From IMG/VR virus record IMGVR_UViG_3300048929_000185, positions 32,001 to 96,000 of that record: DNA of 64,000 nt; one strand, written 5' to 3'. Under the pieces are notes generated by a model. That model searched no databases and had not been told where the DNA came from. It worked only from the letters and a program-made list of their open reading frames with translations. The translations under genes and the position numbers were made by a program. Source of the stretch: a virus. Positions 1 through 10,357 of this stretch are shown one piece after another (position 1 is the stretch's first letter; each line of letters begins with the position of its first letter).

Positions 1-252
1 GTATTTTTCTAGTTCATTCTTTTTAGCGGGATTTGATTCTATCATCTGTTCAATATTCATCGCCGTAATATTAGTAATCTTCTTATTGTATAATTCTTTA
101 ATTGCCCAATAAATAATTGCATTATCAGAACTATAAAAGTATTTATCCTTTAAATAATTACTGTTTAATATAAATTCAGGATGGTAAACCAACGTGGAAA
201 TAATGCCCGCTTCTGCTTTATTGTCTGAAATTTCATTGATCTCTATTGTCAT
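1..252 (-). CDS. Replicative DNA helicase, DnaB-like N-terminus (runs off the left end)
   Basis: Manual translation IEINEISDNKAEAGIISTLVYHPEFILNSNYLKDKYFY...IIYWAIKELY resembles a DnaB N-terminal domain; lies next to ssb. Confidence 0.65.
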   Translation of the reverse strand, partial: MTIEINEISDNKAEAGIISTLVYHPEFILNSNYLKDKYFYSSDNAIIYWAIKELYNKKITNITAMNIEQMIESNPAKKNELEKY

Positions 253-733
253 CACCGCCTAAAATTTGACCAAAGCCAGGGTTGCAAGTTGAACTAAACT
301 TAAAAGTTCTTTCTCTGCTTACTGGTTTAATGTCATTATTCATGTTTTTTTCAATTTCTTTTCTCTTAATTTGATTCTTCATTGCTTGGTATTTTTTCTT
401 AATTTCCATATCATTCTTAACTAACCACCCAAGTGTAAAAATCCCTTTGAATGGAGTTTTTTTATGTATCGCCTGACATAAAACATATAGCACGTATTCC
501 GCATTTGAATTGCTTACAAAACCATTGATGGCTTTTCTTACCATGTGAAAATCTTCAGTTGATCTGTAATATTTATAATAAATATCAAATATTTGTGTTT
601 TAAAACATTTTTCTTCGTGGCAATCCTTATGATAATAGCGAGTACCATCCTTTATTGCTTCTTCGGATGGTATTTTCTCGCCATTGTGAAGGCAACCACT
701 ATATCCACAAACATATTCCTTTGCCTTCGCCAT
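233..733 (-). CDS. Hypothetical Cys/His-containing replication-module protein
   Basis: 166 aa ORF with RBS, CxxxxC...YYHKDC, between ssb and helicase. Confidence 0.6.
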   Translation of the reverse strand: MAKAKEYVCGYSGCLHNGEKIPSEEAIKDGTRYYHKDCHEEKCFKTQIFDIYYKYYRSTEDFHMVRKAINGFVSNSNAEYVLYVLCQAIHKKTPFKGIFTLGWLVKNDMEIKKKYQAMKNQIKRKEIEKNMNNDIKPVSRERTFKFSSTCNPGFGQILGGDDNRDQ

Positions 734-747
734 ATTTATCTCCTCAA

Positions 748-1191
748 TTAGTTGAAGGGTAAGCCCCCGTCTTCCACTCCGTCTGGAATATTCATAAATC
801 CATCATTTGATGCTGCCTGTGGCGTTGGTCTTGATGTCTGTCTTGGAGAATTCCCCTCTGTTCCATTAGAACCCTTACTCTCAGCAAATTCCACTTCTTC
901 TACAACCACATCTGTTGTATATATTTTCTGTCCATCTTTGTTAGTATAATTACCCGTTTGGATTCTTCCTACCACAGCGATCTTAGAACCCTGTTTAAAA
1001 TATTTTTCAATGAATTCTGCTGTCTTTCCAAATGCGACGTGATTAATAAAATCTGCCGTAGGTTCCCCCTCTTTTTTGATTTTACGGTCAATAGCTAGAG
1101 TGAATTTAGCAATTGCCGTAGGGTTTGCTCCCTGAGAATATCTTACTTCCGGATCACGAGTTAATCTTCCGATTTCAATGAGTTTTTGCAT
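748..1191 (-). CDS. ssb: Single-stranded DNA-binding protein
   Basis: IGRLTRDPEVRYS, ADFINHVAFGKTAE, acidic C-terminal LPFN tail. Confidence 0.97.
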   Translation of the reverse strand: MQKLIEIGRLTRDPEVRYSQGANPTAIAKFTLAIDRKIKKEGEPTADFINHVAFGKTAEFIEKYFKQGSKIAVVGRIQTGNYTNKDGQKIYTTDVVVEEVEFAESKGSNGTEGNSPRQTSRPTPQAASNDGFMNIPDGVEDGGLPFN

Positions 1192-1194
1192 ATG

Positions 1195-1854
1195 TTATGT
1201 CTCCTTTTTATAAAATATATTATAGTAGTGACTAATTAAGCTTTGATCACAGCCTAATTGATTTGCTAGTTCCACTTGTGTCTTGTTTTCTAATTCACTA
1301 TTTAGCATCTCTTTAGTAATATTGTATTTAGTTCTTGCTTCTCCGCTATTCCGCACTGGAATGTTATATTTATGCAATAAGTTACGTATAGGGTTAGTTG
1401 ATATATTAAACATCGCCGCAATATTTTTAGGACTCATGTTCTCAACAATATATAGTTGGAACAATTCTTTCCTTGAAATATAAAAACATTTTTTCAATCC
1501 AGTTCTCAATGCATGTTGAGCATTTTCTTGTGGGGTGCACCACTCTAAATTTTCAACGTGATTATTTTTAGGGTTTCCGTCAATATGATTGATAAATGGC
1601 TTATCGTCTGTGTTTTCTATAAAAGATTGAGCCACAAGTCGGTGCACCTTATACGAGGTTCTTTTCTTGTCAATATACAACTCAACCTTCTTGTATCCGG
1701 TCGACGTAAAACTTTGTTTTAATATTTTTTCATTCTGGACATAAATCCCCTTTCCATTATTTCTTTGTCTTTGTATACTTTTTATTCTTCCATGATTACT
1801 TACCTGATAATATCCGACGTATCCGGGTATATCTCTCCATTCTTCTGCGATCAT
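1195..1854 (-). CDS. NUMOD4-HNH homing endonuclease with C-terminal HTH
   Basis: EEWRDIPGYVGYYQVSNHGRIKS (NUMOD4); VHRLVA...INHIDGNPKNNHVENLEWCT (HNH). Confidence 0.93.
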   Translation of the reverse strand: MIAEEWRDIPGYVGYYQVSNHGRIKSIQRQRNNGKGIYVQNEKILKQSFTSTGYKKVELYIDKKRTSYKVHRLVAQSFIENTDDKPFINHIDGNPKNNHVENLEWCTPQENAQHALRTGLKKCFYISRKELFQLYIVENMSPKNIAAMFNISTNPIRNLLHKYNIPVRNSGEARTKYNITKEMLNSELENKTQVELANQLGCDQSLISHYYNIFYKKET

Positions 1855-1867
1855 CTTCCTCCTTCTA

Positions 1868-2608
1868 CTATATTTTTCTAATACCCATTAACTTCTTCTT
1901 TAGTTTCTCTAATACTTCATTATCTTCGCAAAGTCTCGGATCTCCATTTTCTTCGCTTAACATTTCTTTACATGTCTCAGCTACTTTTTCTTTTGTTCCT
2001 TCAGAAAGAGCAGACCTTTTCGTGATTAGTTCCATACATTCAGCCTGTAGCTTATTCATCTGTAATACTGATTCTGGAGCATCTTCCTTAGTCCATAAGT
2101 TAAGCCCCACACCAAACATGCTTAAATTCTTCGCAAAACATCTCATTATTGCTTTATAGATATCTCCGAATGTCGCAGCCGGTACGGTTTTATTACCAAA
2201 TTTTGTTTCATATGTATAAGGCTCAAGTCCCATGCTTCGATATGAGGTGTCGTATACAGGCAGATTCATTTCCTTTTCAATACCGTCGATGGTAACAGAT
2301 GTTCTTACTTCTAATCCGGTATCGGTTACTGTATAGGGGATCTCCTGCTCGATGGTGGTTGTATCTTCAATTGTTGTGTTTTCATCGACTTTAGTGATTT
2401 TTTTGATTTCCCTCGTCTGTTTGTTCCTTTTAAAAGTGTATTTTACATCGCTAAAATGCTTACAAACCTCACTGTAAGTAGTCGCCCACGGTAGGTAATT
2501 AATTTTTGTTTTGCCAGTGTCTTTTTCAACCGACCTTTCTCTTGTGTCAATCTCGTAAAGGGTGTTAAAAACTGATTTTTCTAACTTCTTAATGTTAATC
2601 TCTTCCAA
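1868..2608 (-). CDS. Sak/Rad52-like single-strand annealing recombinase (DUF1071-like)
   Basis: YLPWA...LPVYD...IYKAIMRCFAKNLSMFGVGL motif; adjacent to ssb. Confidence 0.8.
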   Translation of the reverse strand: MEEINIKKLEKSVFNTLYEIDTRERSVEKDTGKTKINYLPWATTYSEVCKHFSDVKYTFKRNKQTREIKKITKVDENTTIEDTTTIEQEIPYTVTDTGLEVRTSVTIDGIEKEMNLPVYDTSYRSMGLEPYTYETKFGNKTVPAATFGDIYKAIMRCFAKNLSMFGVGLNLWTKEDAPESVLQMNKLQAECMELITKRSALSEGTKEKVAETCKEMLSEENGDPRLCEDNEVLEKLKKKLMGIRKI

Positions 2609-2872
2609 TCATTTTCCTCCTATTATTTTTGCATATGAAAAGTGAATTTTATCTCAATTTTAATACTATATATTGTGTTTAAATCTTCTATAATTACAAG
2701 ATACAGTATGTATCAGCTATAATAAAGCGGATGTCCCCTATCTCCCAAATTAACACCTCCAATATTCAGTTTTAGTTATTTTAATTTTGTGATTGTTTTA
2801 GGTATTTACATTTACACCGCTGCCACGGTATTATTTTTAATATACAGTCTTTATATTACTAATTTCCAACAA

Positions 2873-3139
2873 TTACATCATTTGCCAAAATGCAGAATAT
2901 CTATTACCGTATGGCGGAATATAGATTCTCGTATCGTATTTTGACTCAAATTCTTTAGTTTTTTTGATAATCTCTTTTCGCAGATTCTCAATTTCCTCAA
3001 GATCTGAATTAAGTTTCTCCTTTAATTCTTTTTCTGCCTTTATAGCTCTCATTTTCTCTTCTTCAATTTGTTTTTCGTAGGCTACACACTCTTCTACTGT
3101 CTTAAATCCATCTTTACCATCTGTTGCTACAATTCTCAT
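2873..3139 (-). CDS. Hypothetical phage protein (coiled coil)
   Basis: ORF with GGAGG RBS. Confidence 0.7.
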   Translation of the reverse strand: MRIVATDGKDGFKTVEECVAYEKQIEEEKMRAIKAEKELKEKLNSDLEEIENLRKEIIKKTKEFESKYDTRIYIPPYGNRYSAFWQMM

Positions 3140-3190
3140 ATCATTGTCCTCCTTAATTAAATATTATTTCAACCGTATGAAACGGAGATT

Positions 3191-3523
3191 TTAAAGTTTA
3201 ATTCCGCCTGATCTGTCTTCTGCAATCCAGTATCTATCATTGCCGCCTAAGTCTTTCTCTATTTCGTAGTCTTTAGGATTAAGCATTGTACATGTAGCGT
3301 TTCCAGTCTGTAAGGGTGAAAATAAATCGGTAATTCTTTTACCACAATTCTGACACTCTACAACTTCTGTACTAAAAAATCCAGAATATTCAATCTGGCT
3401 ATTGCCACAATTGCATTCTACATTAAAAGATTCTTCATCTTCGTGTAGGTTCCAGCCTAATTCAGAAATGCACTCCTTAAAACTCATCACCTTAAAATCT
3501 GTAACGTCTTGTAATTTTTTCAC
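3191..3523 (-). CDS. Hypothetical zinc-ribbon protein
   Basis: CNCG...CQNC; GGAGG RBS, GTG start. Confidence 0.7.
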   Translation of the reverse strand: MKKLQDVTDFKVMSFKECISELGWNLHEDEESFNVECNCGNSQIEYSGFFSTEVVECQNCGKRITDLFSPLQTGNATCTMLNPKDYEIEKDLGGNDRYWIAEDRSGGIKL

Positions 3524-3562
3524 TAATTACCTCCTTATTTTAATACCGAGGAAACTCGGATT

Positions 3563-3970
3563 TTATTCAATTAAAGTAACTTTTCCATCGTTAAATTCCC
3601 ATTTCCATTCGCTGCCGTCTTCTCCTACAAAACAGAGAAACGACCCAGGTTCTACATATGTAGCAATTGCACTAAAAAATATTTTTTCATCTCCATATTT
3701 TTCTCCAACAAATTCAACATCACAAATATCTCCAGCCAAATTAAATATTGGTAAATATCTTATACCAGTTAATCCGTCTTCAAGTCTTTTACTATCAAGT
3801 ACAAATTTTGTAGACACCCATTTAAAATGAGGAATTCTTTCACCATCAATACTATCGTAACATGTCATATTTTCGGTAACAAACACACTTTTCAAGCTAT
3901 TTAGCGCCTTTGTAAAGTTTTCCTTTCTAATAATAAAATTACTATCTGTCATTTCTATAAGATACCCCAT
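3563..3970 (-). CDS. Hypothetical phage protein
   Basis: ORF with RBS; GEDG..WKWEF C-terminus. Confidence 0.75.
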   Translation of the reverse strand: MGYLIEMTDSNFIIRKENFTKALNSLKSVFVTENMTCYDSIDGERIPHFKWVSTKFVLDSKRLEDGLTGIRYLPIFNLAGDICDVEFVGEKYGDEKIFFSAIATYVEPGSFLCFVGEDGSEWKWEFNDGKVTLIE

Positions 3971-3971
3971 T

Positions 3972-4178
3972 CTATTCCTCCTTTAGTTTTACAATTTTTT
4001 CAATTAAATCAATATCTACACGACTTCCATCTATAACAAGTTCCCCACCGCTTCCAGATTCATACCAGATCTCTTCTAGCATTCCGTCTCTATGCCAACC
4101 ATTAAAATAGTATGCGGACACTTCATCTCCAATTTTCACCATGCTACAATCTTCATTTATTAATCCGGTTTTAACCAT
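3972..4178 (-). CDS. Hypothetical phage protein
   Basis: ORF with RBS. Confidence 0.65.
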   Translation of the reverse strand: MVKTGLINEDCSMVKIGDEVSAYYFNGWHRDGMLEEIWYESGSGGELVIDGSRVDIDLIEKIVKLKEE

Positions 4179-4220
4179 ATGTACCGTTCCTTTCTCCTGC
4201 CATGAAACAGGTATTCTATT

Positions 4221-4676
4221 CTATTTAGATGCTTCCATCAATTTTGAAAGCAAAAGTTTTTCTTCTGCCGGCATATTATTAAACTTTGTAATTACGTCCA
4301 TAATATATTCTGCTTTATAATACGGGATCTCTTCTAGCTTTTTATATACTTCAGATAATTCCTTATTCAATTCTGCAACTGCATTTTTAACCTGTTCAAT
4401 TCTCGGCTTTTGATCGGAAACTAATTGGCTATACTTACAATATAAATCTTCGCTCTTGCTTATTTCTTCTTCCACTGCTTTCCTATATTCGTCTCTAACC
4501 TTTTTAGCATGCAATTTAAAATTCAAGAAACTATCTTCTAAACATTCGTCCATTGCACTAGTGTCTCCGACAATTCTATTTACAGTTTCTTTAATGTCCT
4601 TTCCTTTTAATTTAATGCAATCCATTATCAAATCAAAATACGGCTCTAGCTCATCATCAATATGCTTATATCCCAT
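4221..4676 (-). CDS. Hypothetical coiled-coil protein
   Basis: Start reset to ATG 4676 after AGGAGA. Confidence 0.7.
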   Translation of the reverse strand: MGYKHIDDELEPYFDLIMDCIKLKGKDIKETVNRIVGDTSAMDECLEDSFLNFKLHAKKVRDEYRKAVEEEISKSEDLYCKYSQLVSDQKPRIEQVKNAVAELNKELSEVYKKLEEIPYYKAEYIMDVITKFNNMPAEEKLLLSKLMEASK

Positions 4677-4716
4677 ATATTCTCCTTTTCTCTTTAAAAG
4701 ATTTATTTTATCCACA

Positions 4717-5046
4717 TTAGATACACCCACCACAGCTTCCGTGCCTCCAGTCCTTGCTTTGGAATGCGTCATAAATTTGGATTTTTAATTCATGATCAGA
4801 AGATATGTTATTTAACCAATAATTGTTTTTTTCGATCCATTCTTCACAAAACAATCCGTCATCATAATCTTCAAATACTTCACTCCACTCTTCGAAGTGC
4901 CATTCCTGATACGTTCCGTATGTATTCATGTCACTGCATCTTATGTCGTCTGGTATTTTATCTGAAACATCGATATCATCAACAAATAAACTCCATTTAC
5001 CGAAACACAAACACGGATATGCTCCACTCCATTCCACTGATACCAT
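4717..5046 (-). CDS. Hypothetical phage protein (C-terminal SCGGCI)
   Basis: ORF with GGAGG RBS. Confidence 0.75.
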   Translation of the reverse strand: MVSVEWSGAYPCLCFGKWSLFVDDIDVSDKIPDDIRCSDMNTYGTYQEWHFEEWSEVFEDYDDGLFCEEWIEKNNYWLNNISSDHELKIQIYDAFQSKDWRHGSCGGCI

Positions 5047-5059
5047 AATATTTTACCTC

Positions 5060-5479
5060 CTATTTAAAATAAACATCTTTATTTATTTCCATATTTTCAG
5101 GGCGCCATTCAAACACTGTATATGGATAATAATCATCAGTATTTTTGGTTCCAACTTCTAAGATTAGTTTATTATCGGACGAATATATTTGTAAAATATT
5201 AGCCGACTCAGACCAGTAATCATCGCTTACCTTATCAACAAATTCGCACCTCACTTTTTGTCCCGGGAAAACATTTTTAATTTCCCTATTTGTTATTTCA
5301 AGTTCCGTCATATAGCTTCTATATCCGTCTGCTTGATCCTCGGTCATAATATAATTAACACCATCAATGCAAAACAAGATATCATTACCGAAATCATCCC
5401 ATTCATCTTTAGCAGATGTTGACGGAATATAATCAACACCAGAAAATAGATGTTCACCACTTAAATCTCTTAGTTCCAT
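5060..5479 (-). CDS. Hypothetical phage protein
   Basis: EDQADGYRS and DDYYP motifs; start reset to 5479. Confidence 0.75.
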   Translation of the reverse strand: MELRDLSGEHLFSGVDYIPSTSAKDEWDDFGNDILFCIDGVNYIMTEDQADGYRSYMTELEITNREIKNVFPGQKVRCEFVDKVSDDYWSESANILQIYSSDNKLILEVGTKNTDDYYPYTVFEWRPENMEINKDVYFK

Positions 5480-5532
5480 ATTTACTTCTCCCTTTCTTCC
5501 ACAAATAAATCTTTTCATTTATCTGCTAAAAC

Positions 5533-5865
5533 TCAGTTTTCTACTACGCCTATCCGATCTAAAAACTCTTTTTCAGTCTGCCACCTAAGCGGATTCTCAA
5601 TGTCCTGGTACTCCCAACCCTCTCCGCAGCCTTCGTCTTCGTCAAAGTTGTAATACATGTAAGCGTGTGGATTTTCATCACTTTCGTCTGGAATTAACGC
5701 ACTATAGCTGTTATATGCCGGTACGTCTTTAAAACTGTATGTCTGCGGCATATCCTCATACGCTCCTCGCATAATACCATCTGCATTATTCCAAAGTATT
5801 GCTCCACGCCCGATCACTTCCACTTTAGTCAATTTACAATCTTCATTTTCACAAAACTTGCACAC
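5533..5865 (-). CDS. Hypothetical phage protein
   Basis: ORF with GGAGG RBS downstream of promoter at 5933-5961. Confidence 0.7.
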   Translation of the reverse strand: MCKFCENEDCKLTKVEVIGRGAILWNNADGIMRGAYEDMPQTYSFKDVPAYNSYSALIPDESDENPHAYMYYNFDEDEGCGEGWEYQDIENPLRWQTEKEFLDRIGVVEN

Positions 5866-5904
5866 TCTTCATACCTCCTTTGCCTCATATACTCTGATTT
5901 ATTT

Positions 5905-5961
5905 ATTACTATATTTTCTTCCCTACTCTTATATCTTATCATTACTATATTTCTTTGTCAA
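5905..5961 (-). promoter_or_regulatory. sigmaA-type promoter with paired ATTACTATAT operators
   Basis: Minus strand TTGACA-17-TAAGAT; ATTACTATAT at 5905 and 5941. Confidence 0.75.
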
Positions 5962-6115
5962 TAGAAAAAATAAAAAGTTTGCGTTATATATTCCATTACT
6001 ACTCAATCCATCTCATAAACTCTTCAGCTCTTTCATCACACAAATCTAGTTCCTCATTCTCTGATGCTTCGTCCTTCGTTCTTATCACCTCCAGACATGA
6101 AACCATGATTTTAAC

Positions 6116-6430
6116 TCAATAAACCTCTTTTCCATTTACTCTTAATCCAGAAAATGTTTCTGTGACCATTTGAATCGGTGGCGCCTCTGGTAAATCTTCA
6201 TCATCGTCCCCATAGCTAGTATGTTCTTCTATTGGATTAATCTTGCATTTAGGTATAATTTCACTCATTAGTTTATCAAAACATTTGCAGCACATATCTA
6301 AATTAATCTGCTTGCCATCGTATCTACTTCCGTATCCTATTTCATCTGTATGTATCCCAAAATTCTCCTGATCGTCAAGCATATTAAATTTCTTGCCACA
6401 AACGTTGCAAATCGTTTTACCTCTCGCCAT
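6116..6430 (-). CDS. Hypothetical zinc-finger protein
   Basis: CNVCGK...DMCCKCF. Confidence 0.75.
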   Translation of the reverse strand: MARGKTICNVCGKKFNMLDDQENFGIHTDEIGYGSRYDGKQINLDMCCKCFDKLMSEIIPKCKINPIEEHTSYGDDDEDLPEAPPIQMVTETFSGLRVNGKEVY

Positions 6431-6444
6431 GATTGCCTCCTTTT

Positions 6445-6861
6445 TTATTCAACCCATTCACAGTTTGGAACTACCGGAACATACCAATCTCCATCTTTTC
6501 TTGATCTACAATACATATTGTCTTTTACGTCTTTTAATATATATTTATCAATTTCATCTAATGTAGATAAGTATTTTGATATCGCTTGTTGTAATGATAA
6601 AGTATTTCTATATTTTTTCTTGTAAATATCTAACCCTCTACTCATATATGTGTGGTTCTCGAAATAACATTTATCTACCGAATTTAATCCATGGAAAAAT
6701 TCATCTTCAGATACTACGTTCTCATTAATCAAGTAAATTCTTTCTTGAGTATCTATTAATAAACGTTCGATAAAAATTATACCTTTATCTAATAATCTAT
6801 TTCTAACATCAATTTCAAACATCTCATATTTAAAATATTTATCCATTACTTTTTCTTCCAT
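6445..6861 (-). CDS. Hypothetical phage protein
   Basis: ORF with GGAGG RBS. Confidence 0.7.
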   Translation of the reverse strand: MEEKVMDKYFKYEMFEIDVRNRLLDKGIIFIERLLIDTQERIYLINENVVSEDEFFHGLNSVDKCYFENHTYMSRGLDIYKKKYRNTLSLQQAISKYLSTLDEIDKYILKDVKDNMYCRSRKDGDWYVPVVPNCEWVE

Positions 6862-6895
6862 TTTTCCTCCTTAAAATGATGTTTCTATTGATAGA

Positions 6896-7240
6896 TTATT
6901 TAATAGTTAGAATAGCAGGATTTACCACGCCATCACCATCATAATCATATTCCTTGTTGTGCCATTTTCTTAATGCCTCTCCGTATTCCCAACAGCTTGA
7001 CAGAATGTTGACGGCTGCACCATACATAAATCCAGTAATTCCTTCCGTATCTGCTTTATAACTTGTTTTATCTGCATTTTCAATAATGACTTTATCCGAA
7101 TTTTCAGAGGAGTCGTTTATTAGTTCCTCAAGCAATTCTGCCCACCTTTCAGCAAAACGGAAACATGCTCTGCCATAGTCTGCGCCTTGATTTTCATACC
7201 ACTCTTTGTAGTCCTGCTCTTTACCATTTAAAATTTTCAT
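6896..7240 (-). CDS. Hypothetical phage protein
   Basis: ORF with RBS; GITGFMYGAAV..WEYGEALRKWHN. Confidence 0.75.
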   Translation of the reverse strand: MKILNGKEQDYKEWYENQGADYGRACFRFAERWAELLEELINDSSENSDKVIIENADKTSYKADTEGITGFMYGAAVNILSSCWEYGEALRKWHNKEYDYDGDGVVNPAILTIK

Positions 7241-7278
7241 ATTCTTCTCCTTTTTACAATAAATTCAAAACTTTATTG

Positions 7279-7599
7279 TCATTTTGCTCTTTTAAAATGC
7301 GACCTGTTATTACAGCCCAAACATATATTTATGTCTTCTCCCAAATGTGCACAGTAATCGCATAAGATCAATTCGCACCTGTGATTCCACGCTTCTATGA
7401 TATCTTCAATTTCGTAAAATCCACCGCCAAAATGACAACCGCAATCGCAGCCAATATGATATGGATCTCCTCCGCTATCAGGATCATAATACGTTGGCTT
7501 CCACTCTTCTTCACCACCGTGTATCTCCACTGGTTTTCCACAGAATGGGCAATGTTTCAAATTTGGTTCTCCATCAACAAATAATTCTTCTTTGTCCAT
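7279..7599 (-). CDS. Lar-like restriction-alleviation family zinc protein
   Basis: LKHCPFCG ... IEAWNHR signature. Confidence 0.7.
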   Translation of the reverse strand: MDKEELFVDGEPNLKHCPFCGKPVEIHGGEEEWKPTYYDPDSGGDPYHIGCDCGCHFGGGFYEIEDIIEAWNHRCELILCDYCAHLGEDINICLGCNNRSHFKRAK

Positions 7600-7656
7600 A
7601 TTTAACTCCTCATTTTTTCTGATAAAACACCGATTTAACTATGTTTTTCAATCTAA

Positions 7657-7938
7657 CTATGAACCATCTACATAGTTGAATACAGTATTACAACACGGGC
7701 ACTTATACTCTATCTCGAATTCATAATCATAAAACCCGCCACTGCTCCATAATATTTTGCCTAGCCCCAAATCTTCATCTGCGTTCAACGAGTCCCACCC
7801 ACAGTTTGGACATTGATACGGTTCTGAATACTTGTTTGTTGTTAATCCACGTTCATAATCGTAACTTACGTGACAGAATCCTCTATGATACATTTTAAAT
7901 TTCTTTTTAATAATACGTTTATTCATATTTTTCTCCAC
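7657..7938 (-). CDS. Hypothetical zinc-ribbon protein
   Basis: CPNC...CPCC. Confidence 0.65.
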   Translation of the reverse strand: MEKNMNKRIIKKKFKMYHRGFCHVSYDYERGLTTNKYSEPYQCPNCGWDSLNADEDLGLGKILWSSGGFYDYEFEIEYKCPCCNTVFNYVDGS

Positions 7939-8132
7939 GAAATATTCATTTCAATCTTATCTCGTTCTAAGTCTATATAATTTACTGATGATTCTATAAA
8001 CCATCTTCCTTGGCAGTTCTTTGCATATAATTTTGCATAAACTATATAGACGTTCATCGTAATATATACATTCACTAACTAGCTGGTCTACGAGTTCTTC
8101 ATTTGACATTGATGATAAATCAACCATAATTT

Positions 8133-8810
8133 CTAACCCCTCTCTTTCAACTTTTCCCAGTCAACTTCTTGCAAAATCTTCCACAATTTCTCCGTTTCTC
8201 GGCTCCTCCATGAAGTCATAGCATATGTATGAGCATCTTCTGAGTAATGATAATTGTTAGACCTTAGATGATTTTCCGCATCTTTCTGGGTGAGAAACAT
8301 TGTATTCTCATATATTTTAGGAATAATCTTATAGGAAATAACATTATAATCATATCCTTGTTCTTCTAACCATGTTTTGATTTCGTCAATATCAGTTAAC
8401 TCTTCTCGTTCCTCGCATTCTTCATCTCCACCATCATTCCACGTAACAACAATCCTATCGGAGCCAAATACACCCTCTTCAAACTCAACAGTAAATTCTT
8501 CACCCTCCAATCTATTGCTATTAATCTCTTCAAGCTGATTATCATTTATGTATTCACATATACCTCTTGTATCTTCGGCAAGAGTATCGCAGCAATCCGG
8601 ATCATATAATTCAAAACCGTCCGCTTCTTCCACATGATAAATCTTTTCTGTTCCTTTGATCACCCAATACCTCGGATCTGCCTGACTAACATGATCCTGA
8701 GTATTCATCTCTTTTTGTAAACTCAGAAGAAAATCAATTTCTTCCCGTGTAATTTCGTGCTTATTCATAGTATCCTCGTGATACTCTAAAAATTCATGAT
8801 ATTTTGCCAT
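8133..8810 (-). CDS. Hypothetical phage protein
   Basis: 225 aa; TQD..SQADPRYWVI and MFLTQKDAENHLRSNNYHY. Confidence 0.8.
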   Translation of the reverse strand: MAKYHEFLEYHEDTMNKHEITREEIDFLLSLQKEMNTQDHVSQADPRYWVIKGTEKIYHVEEADGFELYDPDCCDTLAEDTRGICEYINDNQLEEINSNRLEGEEFTVEFEEGVFGSDRIVVTWNDGGDEECEEREELTDIDEIKTWLEEQGYDYNVISYKIIPKIYENTMFLTQKDAENHLRSNNYHYSEDAHTYAMTSWRSRETEKLWKILQEVDWEKLKERG

Positions 8811-9033
8811 GTAAAAATCCTTTCGTCAAATTATTATTGTATTGGTTTCATAAACGATTGATTCTATTTTTTCCAATTCTTCTGTTCCAGAATAAAATCC
8901 ACCATCATCTCTATACTGAACTTCAATGTTATAATTCTCAATCCCAAGAATTTTAGCAGCGTCATAAAGTTCTTTTATCGTCATAATAATACCTCTCCTT
9001 TTCTTAATGAAAGCATTGTTTTAAACCGATTAT

Positions 9034-9237
9034 TTAAACAAACGGTATTTCAATTACTTCTTTGGTATGTTTATCATCAAAGAATTCTTCTGGTTTATGT
9101 ATCATAATATCTTTTTTTAATACATCGGTTTCAATGGCCTGATAATATCCGCACACCATATCCTTCGCTTCTACTTTATTATCTGCCATTACAAAAACAG
9201 TTGGTAAGGAACCGTCGTGTATTCCAATATATATCAT
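9034..9237 (-). CDS. Hypothetical phage protein
   Basis: ORF with GGAGG RBS. Confidence 0.65.
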   Translation of the reverse strand: MIYIGIHDGSLPTVFVMADNKVEAKDMVCGYYQAIETDVLKKDIMIHKPEEFFDDKHTKEVIEIPFV

Positions 9238-9266
9238 TTATTCCTCCTTACAATATAATTTAATTT

Positions 9267-9524
9267 TTATAAATAGTCTTCTGGCAAGTAATATCTTACA
9301 AATTCACAAATCCATTTTTGTGCTTCGTCATAGCTGGTTATTCCTGGCAACTCTTCTAATAATTTAAATAATTGTTCATAGGCTTCATGCCTCAAATATG
9401 CAATAAATACGGTTTTAGTTTTACCACATCCTCTTGGTACAACACGATTAGAGTCCCAGCCTCCGGGGTACAATCTATCACGTTCTTCTCTCAGTCGTTT
9501 TATTAATTCGTCATTCATAAACAC
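9267..9524 (-). CDS. Hypothetical phage protein
   Basis: ORF containing PRGCGKT. Confidence 0.6.
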   Translation of the reverse strand: MFMNDELIKRLREERDRLYPGGWDSNRVVPRGCGKTKTVFIAYLRHEAYEQLFKLLEELPGITSYDEAQKWICEFVRYYLPEDYL

Positions 9525-9554
9525 CTCTGTTTATCATAAAAGCAGTTAAAATAG

Positions 9555-10325
9555 TTATTTGATTGAATACTTTAACACCATTTTATGAAGTAATGTATAA
9601 TATGTCTCAAATATCCAATCAATTTGTATTGGATCTAGCCAACCATTCATTAATGTATCCAATGATTTAAAATCTTCTTTTCCTAAAAAATTAATAATCG
9701 TTGAATTATTCACCTTTTCAGTAAAATCAATTGCGTACATTTTACATATAGAACGTCTGCCCCAATAATTAAAAATCATTCCAAGTATCCTAGATAATAA
9801 TTCTAAAGTTATAGATGGTTTTGTATTTATAATTTGGGTTGCTAAAGTATGAGCTTCGGTAAGCAAGTCTTCTGCTTTTTTTACGCCAGTATGATCAAGT
9901 ACTTTTTCATTCATAGAAAAACTAAAATTGTCATCTAACTTTGTGAATCTAACTAACCTCATAAAATCTATCTGACCTGCGTGATATTCTGAAAATCCTC
10001 TATACATAATATTCGTAATTTTTTCACCTTTTGGCACATAATTTTTATTATCGAGCATATGTGTAAACTCATGAAACAGAACCCAATCTGCATGTAAAAT
10101 TGGCTCCCAAATATTTGAGTATACTTTTAACAAGTGAGCGTTGGTTGAAACGTCATAATAATACGAAGCTAGTGAATCGTAACCGTTCTTCTCTCCTCGT
10201 TCGACAAAATATTTTATTTCTTTTATTTGATACCGTGGTAACTTTTTAATTCCCATGAAAACGATATACTCTTTTGCAATTTTATTAATATAATTTTCTA
10301 ATCTGTTCATGCAATCATACCTCAT
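9555..10325 (-). CDS. Putative HEXXH zinc-metallopeptidase-like protein
   Basis: LFHEFTHMLD motif; 256 aa. Confidence 0.55.
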   Translation of the reverse strand: MRYDCMNRLENYINKIAKEYIVFMGIKKLPRYQIKEIKYFVERGEKNGYDSLASYYYDVSTNAHLLKVYSNIWEPILHADWVLFHEFTHMLDNKNYVPKGEKITNIMYRGFSEYHAGQIDFMRLVRFTKLDDNFSFSMNEKVLDHTGVKKAEDLLTEAHTLATQIINTKPSITLELLSRILGMIFNYWGRRSICKMYAIDFTEKVNNSTIINFLGKEDFKSLDTLMNGWLDPIQIDWIFETYYTLLHKMVLKYSIK

Positions 10326-10357
10326 TCGATAAATATTTTTTGATTAAAACTAACCTT

